Positions 38,215-47,278 of a stretch of 64,000 bases of DNA are shown piece by piece. Both the position numbers and the translations under genes were made by a program. Below the pieces are notes generated by a model. The model was given only the letters and a program-made list of their open reading frames with translations, had not been told where the DNA came from and did no database searches. The stretch is from a virus: positions 1 to 64,000 of the IMG/VR virus record IMGVR_UViG_3300045999_010033, one strand, 5' to 3'. The first letter of the stretch is position 1, and every line of letters starts with the position of its first letter.

Positions 38215-38729
38215 TTTGTATCGTTTAATTCGTTTAAGATGGAAATGATAAATTCGTAACCTTTGTTCACTTCATCTGCCCAATCATCTTTAATATCATT
38301 CCGAATGATTTTAGCCAAATGTCTTACATTACTACTATCTCCAAAATCGTACATACGTCCAGATCCGATTACTTTGCTCTTCATCATCTGCCCTCCCATC
38401 AATATCGCCATATAGTTTAAGTATATGTGTGGTTGCGCAGATTTGTAGTCCAAGCCACGTAGATAATCACAATACAATCTTGCGTTCGGCCCCAGTGTAG
38501 TGATATCAATAACACCAAGTTCTGTCAAATCATCCAATATCAAATCCGCTCTGAATAAATCAGTACGTGGTAGTCCGAATTTAGACTCGATTGTATCAAA
38601 TATATTGTATTGTACCGTCAGATATCGACCATACTCTTCGTGAGTCAATTCACCTCGCATTAACCTTTGATTGAATGGAACGGATTCTGCCTCTTTATGT
38701 TTGGCCGTAGTTGCTTCTCTTAAATTCAT
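38211..38729 (-). CDS. heme-oxygenase-like protein
   Basis: 'LREATTAKHKEAESVPF' N-terminal region and 'YLNYMAILMGGQMMKSK' resemble HO-1 proximal helix and GG distal-helix motifs. Confidence 0.5.
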   Translation of the reverse strand: MNLREATTAKHKEAESVPFNQRLMRGELTHEEYGRYLTVQYNIFDTIESKFGLPRTDLFRADLILDDLTELGVIDITTLGPNARLYCDYLRGLDYKSAQPHIYLNYMAILMGGQMMKSKVIGSGRMYDFGDSSNVRHLAKIIRNDIKDDWADEVNKGYEFIISILNELNDTK

Positions 38730-38730
38730 A

Positions 38731-39147
38731 TTATGTTGTCTGTTTTTTGTGATTAGTAACTAACTCTATTCTCACCGTTCCATCGGGATTAAACCATCCA
38801 CGTATTTGATACCGATGTTTATCTGCGTCAGATGCAGATTGTAGGTATCCTTTCAAATGTGGTGCTTCGTTTACGTCTACACTATGACCAGAATTGAATG
38901 TAAGAACATTGGTTATACGCTTGAATGGAGGAAATACGGCGATTCCATTAGGGTGTTCTTCTTCTTTGGTTTCCAAACCTTCGAATCCAATAACCCGCAT
39001 ATGGCCCGCTGCTTTGAGGTCACCCAATGCGAATTGTAAATATTCAGGCGTAACTCCTTCACGTTTAGGTTTAATCTTCTTTAAACGTTCTCTCATACCT
39101 TTAACGTGCTCTCGTGTGTAGTAGTTTCTTTTTGCTGCAAATTTCAT
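38731..39147 (-). CDS. hypothetical protein
   Basis: ORF track. Confidence 0.45.
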   Translation of the reverse strand: MKFAAKRNYYTREHVKGMRERLKKIKPKREGVTPEYLQFALGDLKAAGHMRVIGFEGLETKEEEHPNGIAVFPPFKRITNVLTFNSGHSVDVNEAPHLKGYLQSASDADKHRYQIRGWFNPDGTVRIELVTNHKKQTT

Positions 39148-39327
39148 ATTTAATTATTTAGTCCATTCTTCAATACCAAATGTAATTGCATCTTCAACGG
39201 ATAGACTCGGAGTGTCTTTCATATACTTCAATGCGTATAAAACTACTTCCGCTTGGACGCCCCATTCTTTTGCTTGCGATAGAACTTCATTTACATACTC
39301 TAATTGCTCATCCATTTTATTTATGTT

Positions 39328-39633
39328 TTAATATGATTTTTTACCAAATATATTATCGAGTCGCGTTTTAAATAACTTATACGCGTTATCAATATTGAAC
39401 CACTCCGCGGATACATAGCTGCTATCTTCATACTTATACATGAATTTTCCCAAATCATCATCCCAGTGGTGTGGAGTTCGTTCTAAATGTAATTTCAGTA
39501 CGGAATCACAAGTTTGCATGGAAATGAAATCAAACGTATAGACATCGGGTGTAGTTGTAATCCGACACATACACGCACCAAAGTCTTTTGTAGTAAAGGC
39601 TTCGATATTTTTGATTGTAAGTCTATGTTTCAT
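39328..39633 (-). CDS. hypothetical protein
   Basis: ORF track. Confidence 0.45.
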   Translation of the reverse strand: MKHRLTIKNIEAFTTKDFGACMCRITTTPDVYTFDFISMQTCDSVLKLHLERTPHHWDDDLGKFMYKYEDSSYVSAEWFNIDNAYKLFKTRLDNIFGKKSY

Positions 39634-39815
39634 CGGCTATATATTGTAAATTCTATGAATAATACCCCAATCATCCATTTGTTTCTAAATTTTTCTATAC
39701 GAAGCAGTGCTCTGACATTCAAAGGCGTTTCAATGGAAAAGATGGAAAGTCCACCCCATTCACCTAACATAATTTCGAATAAGCTGAATCTCATATTAAT
39801 CTTACCATTTATTGT

Positions 39816-40160
39816 TTATATTTTTATTAAATCAAAAACTCTATCAATGACATCTTTTGATTCTTTCAATCCTAATCCGGTCGCATCTTTCAATTCTTTA
39901 ACCGCTTGTAGCTTATGGCCAGATTTAGCATACGACATAATGGTGGTTATGGTAGAACGACTGATAACATCGTACCCCACAAACGAATGAAAATCAAATG
40001 CGGATTTCAATATAGCATCATCACTATTCGGTAGATTATCTTTTGTATCTATCAAAGTTTTCAAAATCCAAATGATTGCCGAATTATGCCCAATCTCCTT
40101 ATCGTTTGTAGGATGGGTGTATAGTGCATTAATCAAAGTTTCTTTTGTTATTTGCGCCAT
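39816..40160 (-). CDS. hypothetical protein
   Basis: ORF track. Confidence 0.45.
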   Translation of the reverse strand: MAQITKETLINALYTHPTNDKEIGHNSAIIWILKTLIDTKDNLPNSDDAILKSAFDFHSFVGYDVISRSTITTIMSYAKSGHKLQAVKELKDATGLGLKESKDVIDRVFDLIKI

Positions 40161-40161
40161 A

Positions 40162-40530
40162 TTATATTGTTTTTACTATTTCAATGAGTTTTTTGAGACA
40201 CGCTAACTCTGCTTCTTCGTATGTGTAAAAATCATACTCTCCACCTTCGTTGGGAATGTGATACCTCCAAGCGTTTCCAAGTTCGGAGTAACAAGTAATG
40301 ATTGGACTTGCTTTATACTTCTCACGAAAGAATCTGAATGCTTGTTGGTATAGCGGTGCTTCGATGTAATCGATAGAATCCCCATGGATTCTTGAATCCA
40401 ATTTCCACTCACCGCTATATTCAAACAAGTTCCAAAACCCAAAATAATCATCTGCATCAAACCCAAGTTGTTTGAGTTCATATGCTAATTCGTAAGGAAC
40501 AAAGTCTTTCATTACTTTATAATTTTTCAA
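40162..40530 (-). CDS. hypothetical protein (paralog of 46883..47278)
   Basis: Shared MKDF.P...ELKQLGFD...EAELACL.KLIEIVK. Confidence 0.5.
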   Translation of the reverse strand: MKNYKVMKDFVPYELAYELKQLGFDADDYFGFWNLFEYSGEWKLDSRIHGDSIDYIEAPLYQQAFRFFREKYKASPIITCYSELGNAWRYHIPNEGGEYDFYTYEEAELACLKKLIEIVKTI

Positions 40531-40765
40531 TTTCTTGTTTTACTTCTTGCCAATACTCTATATCAATAACATACGATTTGTCGGCAACATAAGGAACGGC
40601 AATACGTTTATATTCTTTGAGAATTGTATTAACTACAACCAATCCTTTTCTTTTCAATTCGAACTTCATCCATGCTGGCGCGCCATCCCACTCCGATAAT
40701 GTTATAGTCGCAGATGCATTGTTCATCTGTGAAATGATATCAATAGCTTGTTCTTTTGGTGTCAT
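40517..40765 (-). CDS. hypothetical protein
   Basis: ORF track. Confidence 0.4.
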   Translation of the reverse strand: MTPKEQAIDIISQMNNASATITLSEWDGAPAWMKFELKRKGLVVVNTILKEYKRIAVPYVADKSYVIDIEYWQEVKQEIEKL

Positions 40766-41064
40766 TGTTTTTCTATTTCAATTTTTACTTTTTGCCAAGC
40801 TAATAAAGATCCTGCAATAAGACCTTTAGCATGGGGGTGAAAATCTCCTGCTATTTCAAGTGATTCCTTCAAATCGTTTAATATCTCATCCACCGCTATT
40901 AATGCACACTCCTTAGCGTATTTGTTCTTTGGTACAGAATATAATTCCATAAGTTCAAGACTACCATTGAACTCCTCTCCCATTGACATTTTTTCAACCA
41001 GCTCTTTCGCTTTTTCTTTTGGTGTCATAATTTGTTTATTTTTACTCGTATGAATTTCTATCAA
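40762..41064 (-). CDS. hypothetical protein
   Basis: ORF track. Confidence 0.4.
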   Translation of the reverse strand: MIEIHTSKNKQIMTPKEKAKELVEKMSMGEEFNGSLELMELYSVPKNKYAKECALIAVDEILNDLKESLEIAGDFHPHAKGLIAGSLLAWQKVKIEIEKQ

Positions 41065-42154
41065 TGTTTACAACAAACGGAAAACGAGGTATGCCGTCCG
41101 GCGTTAAATTGAAATACTTTACAGTTGCCTGCTTACCTATGAGCTGTTTTCGGTTCTTCAACATTTCGGCAGTTTCTTCCCACGTTCCCTTTACATTTGA
41201 TTTGAAGCGTTTACCATCTTCCGTTTGGAATACAAAGTACCCAGCAGTTCCTGCTCTATTACCTTCACCCTCACAAATATCAATGATTTGGTATTCTTCA
41301 TCAATAAATGATTTGTGCTTCAATAGGTTCTTACTACGTTTGTTTTCATACTTACCATCCAAACGTAGCATCTGTCCTTCATATCCGGCTTCCACATATT
41401 GACCATACATAGCCATCAGCACTTCTTCGGTTAAGCATACGGTAGTTTCAACTCTAACACAATGCTTTTCAAAGGCATTTTTGAAATCATCAAACAAATC
41501 AACCAAAGTAATAGAACGATTCACAAACACGTCATTTACACTTGGTACATCGTAAATCCAATACTGAATGTTCTTCTCACTTTCTTCTAAATCTTCTTCG
41601 GTTGGTTTGGTTTTCTTCACTAACGAAACAATCTTATTGAAATCGTTGGCGAACTTATCGGCATACAACTCACCATCCAATATCAAATCGGGTTTGTTCT
41701 GAAATAGTTTATCCAATGATTGGCGGATATGTGGTGCGGATATAATCTCTTTACCATTACGGCTGAACATTCCATCCTTTGTAACTATACAGCGAATACC
41801 GTCCAGCTTCGGTTGAGAGTAGATAGGGTATTCGACCTTATCTTTGTAGTCCTCCCATTTTGCGGCCAACATCGGTTCAAAGTATTGCTTCTTATTTATA
41901 TGTTTGATGTTCTCAAAGTAACCACGTTCCAATTTCAATTTACGTTTAGCTTCAGCTTCTTTGAGTGCCTGCTCGTTATCCGTAGTGGCGTTTGCTCGCC
42001 CTTCATTCTTACCATACACTTCTGTCCACTCACTAATTACTTTTTTACCATCGGTTTGGCCTGATATGGTACGATACCGATTCTTTACTACTTCAATAGT
42101 CCACTCCTGCACCTTACCGCCCTTCGTGGATTTGTAAATTGTTTCTAACTTCAT
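41042..42154 (-). CDS. ATP-dependent DNA ligase (small T7-type)
   Basis: Motif I 'PKLDGIRCIV' (KxDGxR); 370 aa. Confidence 0.7.
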   Translation of the reverse strand: MKLETIYKSTKGGKVQEWTIEVVKNRYRTISGQTDGKKVISEWTEVYGKNEGRANATTDNEQALKEAEAKRKLKLERGYFENIKHINKKQYFEPMLAAKWEDYKDKVEYPIYSQPKLDGIRCIVTKDGMFSRNGKEIISAPHIRQSLDKLFQNKPDLILDGELYADKFANDFNKIVSLVKKTKPTEEDLEESEKNIQYWIYDVPSVNDVFVNRSITLVDLFDDFKNAFEKHCVRVETTVCLTEEVLMAMYGQYVEAGYEGQMLRLDGKYENKRSKNLLKHKSFIDEEYQIIDICEGEGNRAGTAGYFVFQTEDGKRFKSNVKGTWEETAEMLKNRKQLIGKQATVKYFNLTPDGIPRFPFVVNIDRNSYE

Positions 42155-42313
42155 ATGTGTCTGTATTATTATAGGCAGAATTATCCCAAACTTTGTTACA
42201 CAAAGATACGTAAAGTTGCCGATATAACCAAATAATTTTGTAACCCATTGAAAATCAATGAGTTACACTAAAAAGTAAAGTTATACCTTGACTTTTTGGG
42301 TATAAAAGTAAAG

Positions 42314-42769
42314 TTATACCTTTACCAAATGATCTGCTGCGTATGTGGCTATCGGACCAAGAGACTTGAATCTGCAGCGATATCCCATACCTTCCACAAG
42401 TCCAACGGCTTGACGGAATACTTCATTGGATTTGAATTTGGGATCTGGGTTGATGTCAATATCAATGAATTTCACTTTGGGCAAACCGGCCACTTTCAAT
42501 TCTTCGGCAGCTTCAATCGCATACCAAACTTCATTCAACAATCGAATGGAACGTGTAGGTTCTTTATCAGCTTTCCATCTACGAAAAATGACATGAGCAC
42601 CTTTACCTGGCGTATGCATCGCAACTACGATAGCATAGATTGTTCGGTCGGTAAAGTTTTGTGAGTCGCATCCAATTAGAATATCCACATCGGTATGTTC
42701 TTTAAGGTATTCTTTCATATATGGAACTAACTCGAATTCGTCTTTCTGATAAAGTTTTTTGAATTTCAT
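42314..42769 (-). CDS. hypothetical protein
   Basis: ORF track. Confidence 0.5.
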   Translation of the reverse strand: MKFKKLYQKDEFELVPYMKEYLKEHTDVDILIGCDSQNFTDRTIYAIVVAMHTPGKGAHVIFRRWKADKEPTRSIRLLNEVWYAIEAAEELKVAGLPKVKFIDIDINPDPKFKSNEVFRQAVGLVEGMGYRCRFKSLGPIATYAADHLVKV

Positions 42770-42828
42770 ACAACACGTTTTTACATTGTTACAAAGTTTT
42801 AAATTTTACATAATACAAATACTAATAG

Positions 42829-42910
42829 TACCCCGAATCGGACTCGAACCGATACGCCTTTCGGCACCGCATCCTAAGTGCGGCGTGACTGCCAATTCCA
42901 CCACCAGGGC
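42829..42910 (-). tRNA. tRNA-Leu(TAG)
   Basis: Manual fold: AC stem CCGCA/TGCGG, loop CTTAGGA, long V-arm, T-arm ATCGG-TTCGAGT-CCGAT. Confidence 0.7.
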
Positions 42911-43006
42911 AATTAAGCGGAGAGTGATGGTAACGATCCATCTTGAGTTTTACCCCAGCCTCGGTTTAGCAAACCGGCCCCTTACCTTTCGGGCAACTCT
43001 CCATTG

Positions 43007-43087
43007 TACCTCGAATCGGACTCGAACCGATACGTCTTTCGACACTTGATTTTGAGTCAAGCATGTCTACCATTCCATCACCAAGGC
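43007..43087 (-). tRNA. tRNA-Leu(CAA)
   Basis: AC stem CTTGA/TCAAG, loop CTCAAAA, long V-arm. Confidence 0.7.
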
Positions 43088-43198
43088 GAATCCTGCTCTT
43101 TTATCTACAACTTAATGTAGTCGAACATCCAACACTATAACATACGTTTTATAGTTGCTACCATTGGAGGCAGGCAGAATTGAATCTATGTTCACTGC

Positions 43199-43357
43199 TG
43201 ACAGGGTTGGATTCGAACCAACAAACCGAGATTCAGTAACGAGCACATAGTGCTGCAGCATTGTGGTCAACCCATACTCATTACCTATTTCTATATCGGC
43301 GACTGCGAGACGAGCAGCTGTGTTTGCCAAGATATTACATCGTTTCACCACCTGTCA
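43199..43357 (-). ncRNA. 159-nt tRNA-like gene with large internal insertion (acceptor TGACAGG/CCTGTCA, T-arm GTTGG-TTCGAAT-CCAAC)
   Basis: 3' half canonical; only complementary 5' acceptor strand lies 159 nt upstream, exactly 7 nt after tRNA-Ser 3' end. Confidence 0.4.
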
Positions 43358-43364
43358 ATCTATG

Positions 43365-43447
43365 CGGAGAGGAAGGGAATCGAACCCCCAAGGCTTTTAC
43401 ACCCGACTGTTTTCAAGACAGCGTCCTCGTCCATTCGGACCCTCTCC
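43365..43447 (-). tRNA. tRNA-Ser(TGA)
   Basis: Acceptor GGAGAGG/CCTCTCC, AC loop CTTGAAA, long V-arm. Confidence 0.7.
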
Positions 43448-43455
43448 ATTATAAG

Positions 43456-43528
43456 AGCGGAAGGCCGGGTACGATCCGGCAACCTCAGCCTTGGCAAGGC
43501 TGCGCTCTACCAATTGAGCTACTTCCGC
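43456..43528 (-). tRNA. tRNA-Gly(GCC)
   Basis: Acceptor GCGGAAG/CTTCCGC, D-arm AGCTCAATTGGTAGAGC, AC loop TTGCCAA. Confidence 0.75.
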
Positions 43529-43742
43529 AGTTTCCCCACCTTGAGATTACAGATGAGTAGTTATTTCGGTTTTCTATTTCTTAAAACCCGCGAGGCATCC
43601 CTCATTAAAACAGCCAACACTACTGGGAGAGATTGTGTCAGTCTCTTTATCCCACGATGTCTCACTCTAGCCGCAGACATTCTGCTAACCTATTGTTAAA
43701 TGAGTCTTAGGTCAAAGACTACTGAGTATCTCTTACTCATTG

Positions 43743-43814
43743 AGCGAGAAGTCGGAATCGAACCGACATATCCAGCTTGGAAGGCTGGAGTAATAACCGT
43801 TATACTATTCTCGC
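43743..43814 (-). tRNA. tRNA-Gly(TCC)
   Basis: Acceptor GCGAGAA/TTCTCGC, AC loop CTTCCAA. Confidence 0.75.
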
Positions 43815-43820
43815 AGTTAG

Positions 43821-43894
43821 TGGAGATGGAGGGATTCGAACCCCCGACTTTTAGAATGCAAATCTAACGCTCTAGCCAACTGAGCTACATCCCC
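43821..43894 (-). tRNA. tRNA-Ala(TGC)
   Basis: Acceptor GGGGATG/CATCTCC, AC loop TTTGCAT. Confidence 0.75.
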
Positions 43895-43933
43895 ATTGAT
43901 TATCGTTCTATGGACGTTTTTAATTTTTAATTA

Positions 43934-44323
43934 TTATAATACTTTTTCTGATTTTAGTTTTGTTTCAAATTTGTCAAATCGGGAATCAATATAAGAACGA
44001 TTTTCATCAATTCTTTTATGAATTTCCGGCTCAACCTGATCATGAACATTTTTCTGAAATTCATCAATACGTTTATGGATTTCACCCGAAACTGAATCAA
44101 TATCGCGATGTACATCAGGTAGTATGTGTTCATACACATCCCTTTTAAATTCATTGAGTTCTCTATTTGTATTTTCAAACATTGAATGCGTGTTTGAATA
44201 CACATCATCGAATCTCTTAACGTGCTTACTTACCATTATATTTGCCCTCACGATGCCGATAACCATACCAATTAGTATGACTGTAGCTATCCCAAGAACA
44301 TAGGCAATATACATTTGTTCCAT
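43934..44323 (-). CDS. membrane-anchored protein with internal repeats (start trimmed to MEQMYIAY)
   Basis: Listed ORF extends N-terminally over a tRNA-like gene; TM helix then repeated 'IHKRIDE/HRDIDS' units. Confidence 0.5.
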   Translation of the reverse strand: MEQMYIAYVLGIATVILIGMVIGIVRANIMVSKHVKRFDDVYSNTHSMFENTNRELNEFKRDVYEHILPDVHRDIDSVSGEIHKRIDEFQKNVHDQVEPEIHKRIDENRSYIDSRFDKFETKLKSEKVL

Positions 44324-44360
44324 AGTTTGTTTTCTCCTATATGTCAAAGAACGATAATCG

Positions 44361-44471
44361 TGCCCCAGGCGGGGGTCGAACCCGCACTCGCTTTCAGCGA
44401 ACAAGATTAACGCCGCGACGTGTTGAAGCTTGCGTTAAGTCTTGCATGTCTACCTATTCCATCACCAGGGC
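44361..44471 (-). tRNA. tRNA-Leu(TAA)-like gene with 26-nt insertion in the anticodon loop
   Basis: Acceptor, D-arm, AC stem CAAGA/TCTTG, V-arm TCGC-TGAAA-GCGA and T-arm all fold; loop is 33 nt CTTAA[..]AA with internal 7-bp hairpin TTAACGC/GCGTTAA. Confidence 0.5.
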
Positions 44472-44526
44472 CCATACCTACCTTAATAGGTATGTTTGTC
44501 TATAATGTAAATATAGTAAAAGTTTT

Positions 44527-45594
44527 TTAATTATCCAAATCTTTCCGAAAAGGTTTTGCGTATTTAGGGCGAATACATTTCCATATAATAGAATCGTAAT
44601 CCCTCCCATCTAACATAGAAAATAATATTGATGCATGATTATAACGGATTGCTTTGATTGCAAACTCTTTTCTGCTCAAATTTTCACTACGAATGATTGA
44701 GAATATTTCCAAATAATCACGTTTAATATTTTCAAATCTAACTACCAAGTCTTTTACGGTATCCTTTACCCACGTATCAAATTCGTCCGGCACTCTTTCC
44801 AATAACTCATTCAAATCACCACCGGTCCGCAACAATTCCCAGATATCTACATTCGAAACATTGGTGATTATCTTATGAAGTCTTACATACTCTTCACCTT
44901 TGATTTTCATTCTCTTCCCACCTTTGAAACGTATTACATAACCTTCGGCATCATTTGAAATCATATCCTTCAACTTAGTGAAGTCAGTAACACCATTGTA
45001 CTTTCTAACAACTCTTACATCGGTAAAAAGTGCTACTGATTTAGTCAAAGTTTCAAATTCAATTTCGTCCAAAGTATCTCTATCATATGCACCCAACAAT
45101 ACCAAACCCTCAAATGGGTAGCGGCAGACTATCCGATTCTCATCATATATGATTTCAAAAAGGTAAGTCCAATTTTTTCTCAATCCAGTTGTAGGATAGT
45201 TTTTCAATATAGATAATCCCTTCAACATTTCAGTTGCCTTAACGGCTTGCTCTGAAACGAATGAACCTCTCGTTGCTACTATCCAATCTCCGTTATAGTA
45301 AAATGCAATTCCTAAAGAACCGTCCATCTTTTCAAAGACTTCAAATGATTCGTTTGGAATTTCACTATTGGATAATTCTTCCATATTGAAAAATTTTGGA
45401 AATGGTTTGGCTACCACAGTGCCTTCATTATCCAAAACCAATCCACGGCAATCCAATGTAACTGCATCCCACAATCGGTCGTATTGGCACGTTCTGCTGT
45501 AATTGTAGATTGATAAAGGTAACGTTGGATGGTCTTGCTTAACTATCAATCCTCGTCCGATATAATCGTTCAATATGTTTAATGGATATTTCAT
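44527..45594 (-). CDS. RNA ligase family protein (KxDG; Rnl2/DRB0094-like)
   Basis: 'FEKMDGSLGIAFY' motif I; 355 aa; upstream of Pnk-like kinase. Confidence 0.6.
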   Translation of the reverse strand: MKYPLNILNDYIGRGLIVKQDHPTLPLSIYNYSRTCQYDRLWDAVTLDCRGLVLDNEGTVVAKPFPKFFNMEELSNSEIPNESFEVFEKMDGSLGIAFYYNGDWIVATRGSFVSEQAVKATEMLKGLSILKNYPTTGLRKNWTYLFEIIYDENRIVCRYPFEGLVLLGAYDRDTLDEIEFETLTKSVALFTDVRVVRKYNGVTDFTKLKDMISNDAEGYVIRFKGGKRMKIKGEEYVRLHKIITNVSNVDIWELLRTGGDLNELLERVPDEFDTWVKDTVKDLVVRFENIKRDYLEIFSIIRSENLSRKEFAIKAIRYNHASILFSMLDGRDYDSIIWKCIRPKYAKPFRKDLDN

Positions 45595-45995
45595 AATTTT
45601 ACACTAAAACGTTTCCGCATTTTTTCCAAAGTCTCATCCGGTACACCATGTACGGATTTATTACCATGTCTATTTTCTACAATCAATGATACAACGGTGT
45701 ATCCATAGCTCTTTGCTAACTTCAAATATGGTTCAAGTTCCCTTTCGGTAGTTGCCGTATTGGATACTACAATCTCTTGTCCATACTGAGTCGTTTCACT
45801 CATTTGCATCAATTCCTCAACACGCTTTTGACAATCCAAATGGGCTTCATGCAATTTCGAAGCGTCAAAATTGTAGTTACCGTTTGAATCGTAAAAGTAT
45901 TGGTCTGCCTCAAACACATTATTTGAAAACATATATTTAGCAAATGAGCTTTTACCACTACCGGGTAAACCACGTAATATGATTAATGTTTTCAT
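45591..45995 (-). CDS. polynucleotide 5'-kinase (T4 Pnk kinase-domain-like)
   Basis: 'MKTLIILRGLPGSGKSSFA' closely resembles T4 Pnk N-terminus 'MKKIILTIGCPGSGKSTWA'; 134 aa. Confidence 0.65.
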   Translation of the reverse strand: MKTLIILRGLPGSGKSSFAKYMFSNNVFEADQYFYDSNGNYNFDASKLHEAHLDCQKRVEELMQMSETTQYGQEIVVSNTATTERELEPYLKLAKSYGYTVVSLIVENRHGNKSVHGVPDETLEKMRKRFSVKL

Positions 45996-46009
45996 ATGCT
46001 CTTTTTATA

Positions 46010-46348
46010 TTATTGTATAGATAAAAGATAAGTTTTTAATTTTTTCAAAACAACTTCGATGTTAAATGCTATTCGATATGGTCGTTTTAAACGGTGTTCA
46101 TCTATATTAATGTAAGTCACACGATGCCATCCCATAGCAAATAGCTGATATGTTCCATCGGAAAGGGGAGTTTTATATAAGATAACTTCCACAATCGGTC
46201 CGAAGGAGTTATTCTGTGCGTATGGTATATTTCTAAACCTAAATGCATAGCTAGGTCTACCTGCTACAAGCACTTCACCTACACTTTCTATTACGTGCCC
46301 ATCGCACTCCATTCCAACTGCCCTATCAATATTTTTTATGATTAACAT
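46010..46348 (-). CDS. hypothetical protein (paralog pair D, member 1)
   Basis: ML.IKNIDR..GM.C.G...YQLFAMGW..V. Confidence 0.5.
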   Translation of the reverse strand: MLIIKNIDRAVGMECDGHVIESVGEVLVAGRPSYAFRFRNIPYAQNNSFGPIVEVILYKTPLSDGTYQLFAMGWHRVTYINIDEHRLKRPYRIAFNIEVVLKKLKTYLLSIQ

Positions 46349-46357
46349 TTGTGAAAT

Positions 46358-46687
46358 TTATTTGTGTGATTCAATCCAATGTTGTAACTTCTTCAATACA
46401 GTTTTAATTCTACCAGCCAAACAATGGGCATGACGTATGTCGGATTCATCAACGTAAATAAACGTTACTTTCTGCCATCCCATAGCAAATAGTTGATACT
46501 TTCCATCAGAATTAGGAACTCTCTCCAATACAACTTCAACGATTGGACCACGAAGGCTACTCTGAACCCAAGGTATATCAAATTTAAATGTGTATCTAGT
46601 TTTGGATGCGTTTTGTCCAGCATCCATTACATCAATCCCATTACAAAACATTCCGATAATCCTATCAATATTTTTTATAACTAGCAT
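46358..46687 (-). CDS. hypothetical protein (paralog pair D, member 2)
   Basis: Paralogy. Confidence 0.5.
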   Translation of the reverse strand: MLVIKNIDRIIGMFCNGIDVMDAGQNASKTRYTFKFDIPWVQSSLRGPIVEVVLERVPNSDGKYQLFAMGWQKVTFIYVDESDIRHAHCLAGRIKTVLKKLQHWIESHK

Positions 46688-46703
46688 TTTTGCAATTTAT
46701 TTA

Positions 46704-46886
46704 TCAGATGTACTTACTAATATCTTCTTTCTCAATCTCCACTATCGAGTCATCAAGGATTTCTTTGTTATCGTGTCCGACTACAATGGCGGTATAGAAC
46801 TTGCCATCCAGTTCATAGACTTGATAAGCTGAGTCTTTTACCCATTCCCCTTCTCCAATTAAGGTTGCTTTATCTAGGTTTATCAT
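46704..46886 (-). CDS. hypothetical protein
   Basis: ORF track. Confidence 0.4.
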   Translation of the reverse strand: MINLDKATLIGEGEWVKDSAYQVYELDGKFYTAIVVGHDNKEILDDSIVEIEKEDISKYI

Positions 46887-47278
46887 TGTTTTTGTTTTAC
46901 TATTTCAATGAGTTTACGGAGACAAGCAAGTTCTGCTTCTTCTTGTCCATCAAAACTCCCAACCCAAATAGATTCATCTTTATTTTCATCTTGAATCCAT
47001 ATTTCGTACACCTTAGAAAAGGTATCAGGCATTTCAATTACTACTGATTTTCTATACCTAACAAAACTAATAAATAGCCCATAGTTCTTACGAAAGAATC
47101 TGAATGACTGTGAAAATGTTGGACTGAGAGTTATACCATCGCCTTGTCTATCAAAAGACTTTGAATAAAACTTTTTGTTTAGGAAATGTGCAAAACACGG
47201 TTCATCAAACCCAAGTTGCTTCAACTCAAACGCATCTTTGAATGGGATAAAATCTTTCATTGTTTTTGTTTTAGTCAA
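46883..47278 (-). CDS. hypothetical protein (paralog of 40162..40530)
   Basis: Paralogy. Confidence 0.5.
   Translation of the reverse strand: MTKTKTMKDFIPFKDAFELKQLGFDEPCFAHFLNKKFYSKSFDRQGDGITLSPTFSQSFRFFRKNYGLFISFVRYRKSVVIEMPDTFSKVYEIWIQDENKDESIWVGSFDGQEEAELACLRKLIEIVKQKQ

Noticed and set aside
43250-43699. Plus-strand ORFs (43250..43699, 43261..43560, 43263..43454, 55276..55587, 50869..51090, 52058..52372) overlapping tRNA genes
   Set aside because: They run antisense through multiple well-folded tRNA genes. Their amino-acid compositions reflect tRNA sequence, not coding constraint.
43934-44404. Full-length call of ORF 43934..44404
   Set aside because: The first 27 codons (MFAESECGFDPRLGH...) overlap the tRNA-Leu(TAA)-like gene. 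The internal Met (MEQMYIAY) followed by a TM helix is the plausible start, so the CDS was trimmed to 43934..44323.
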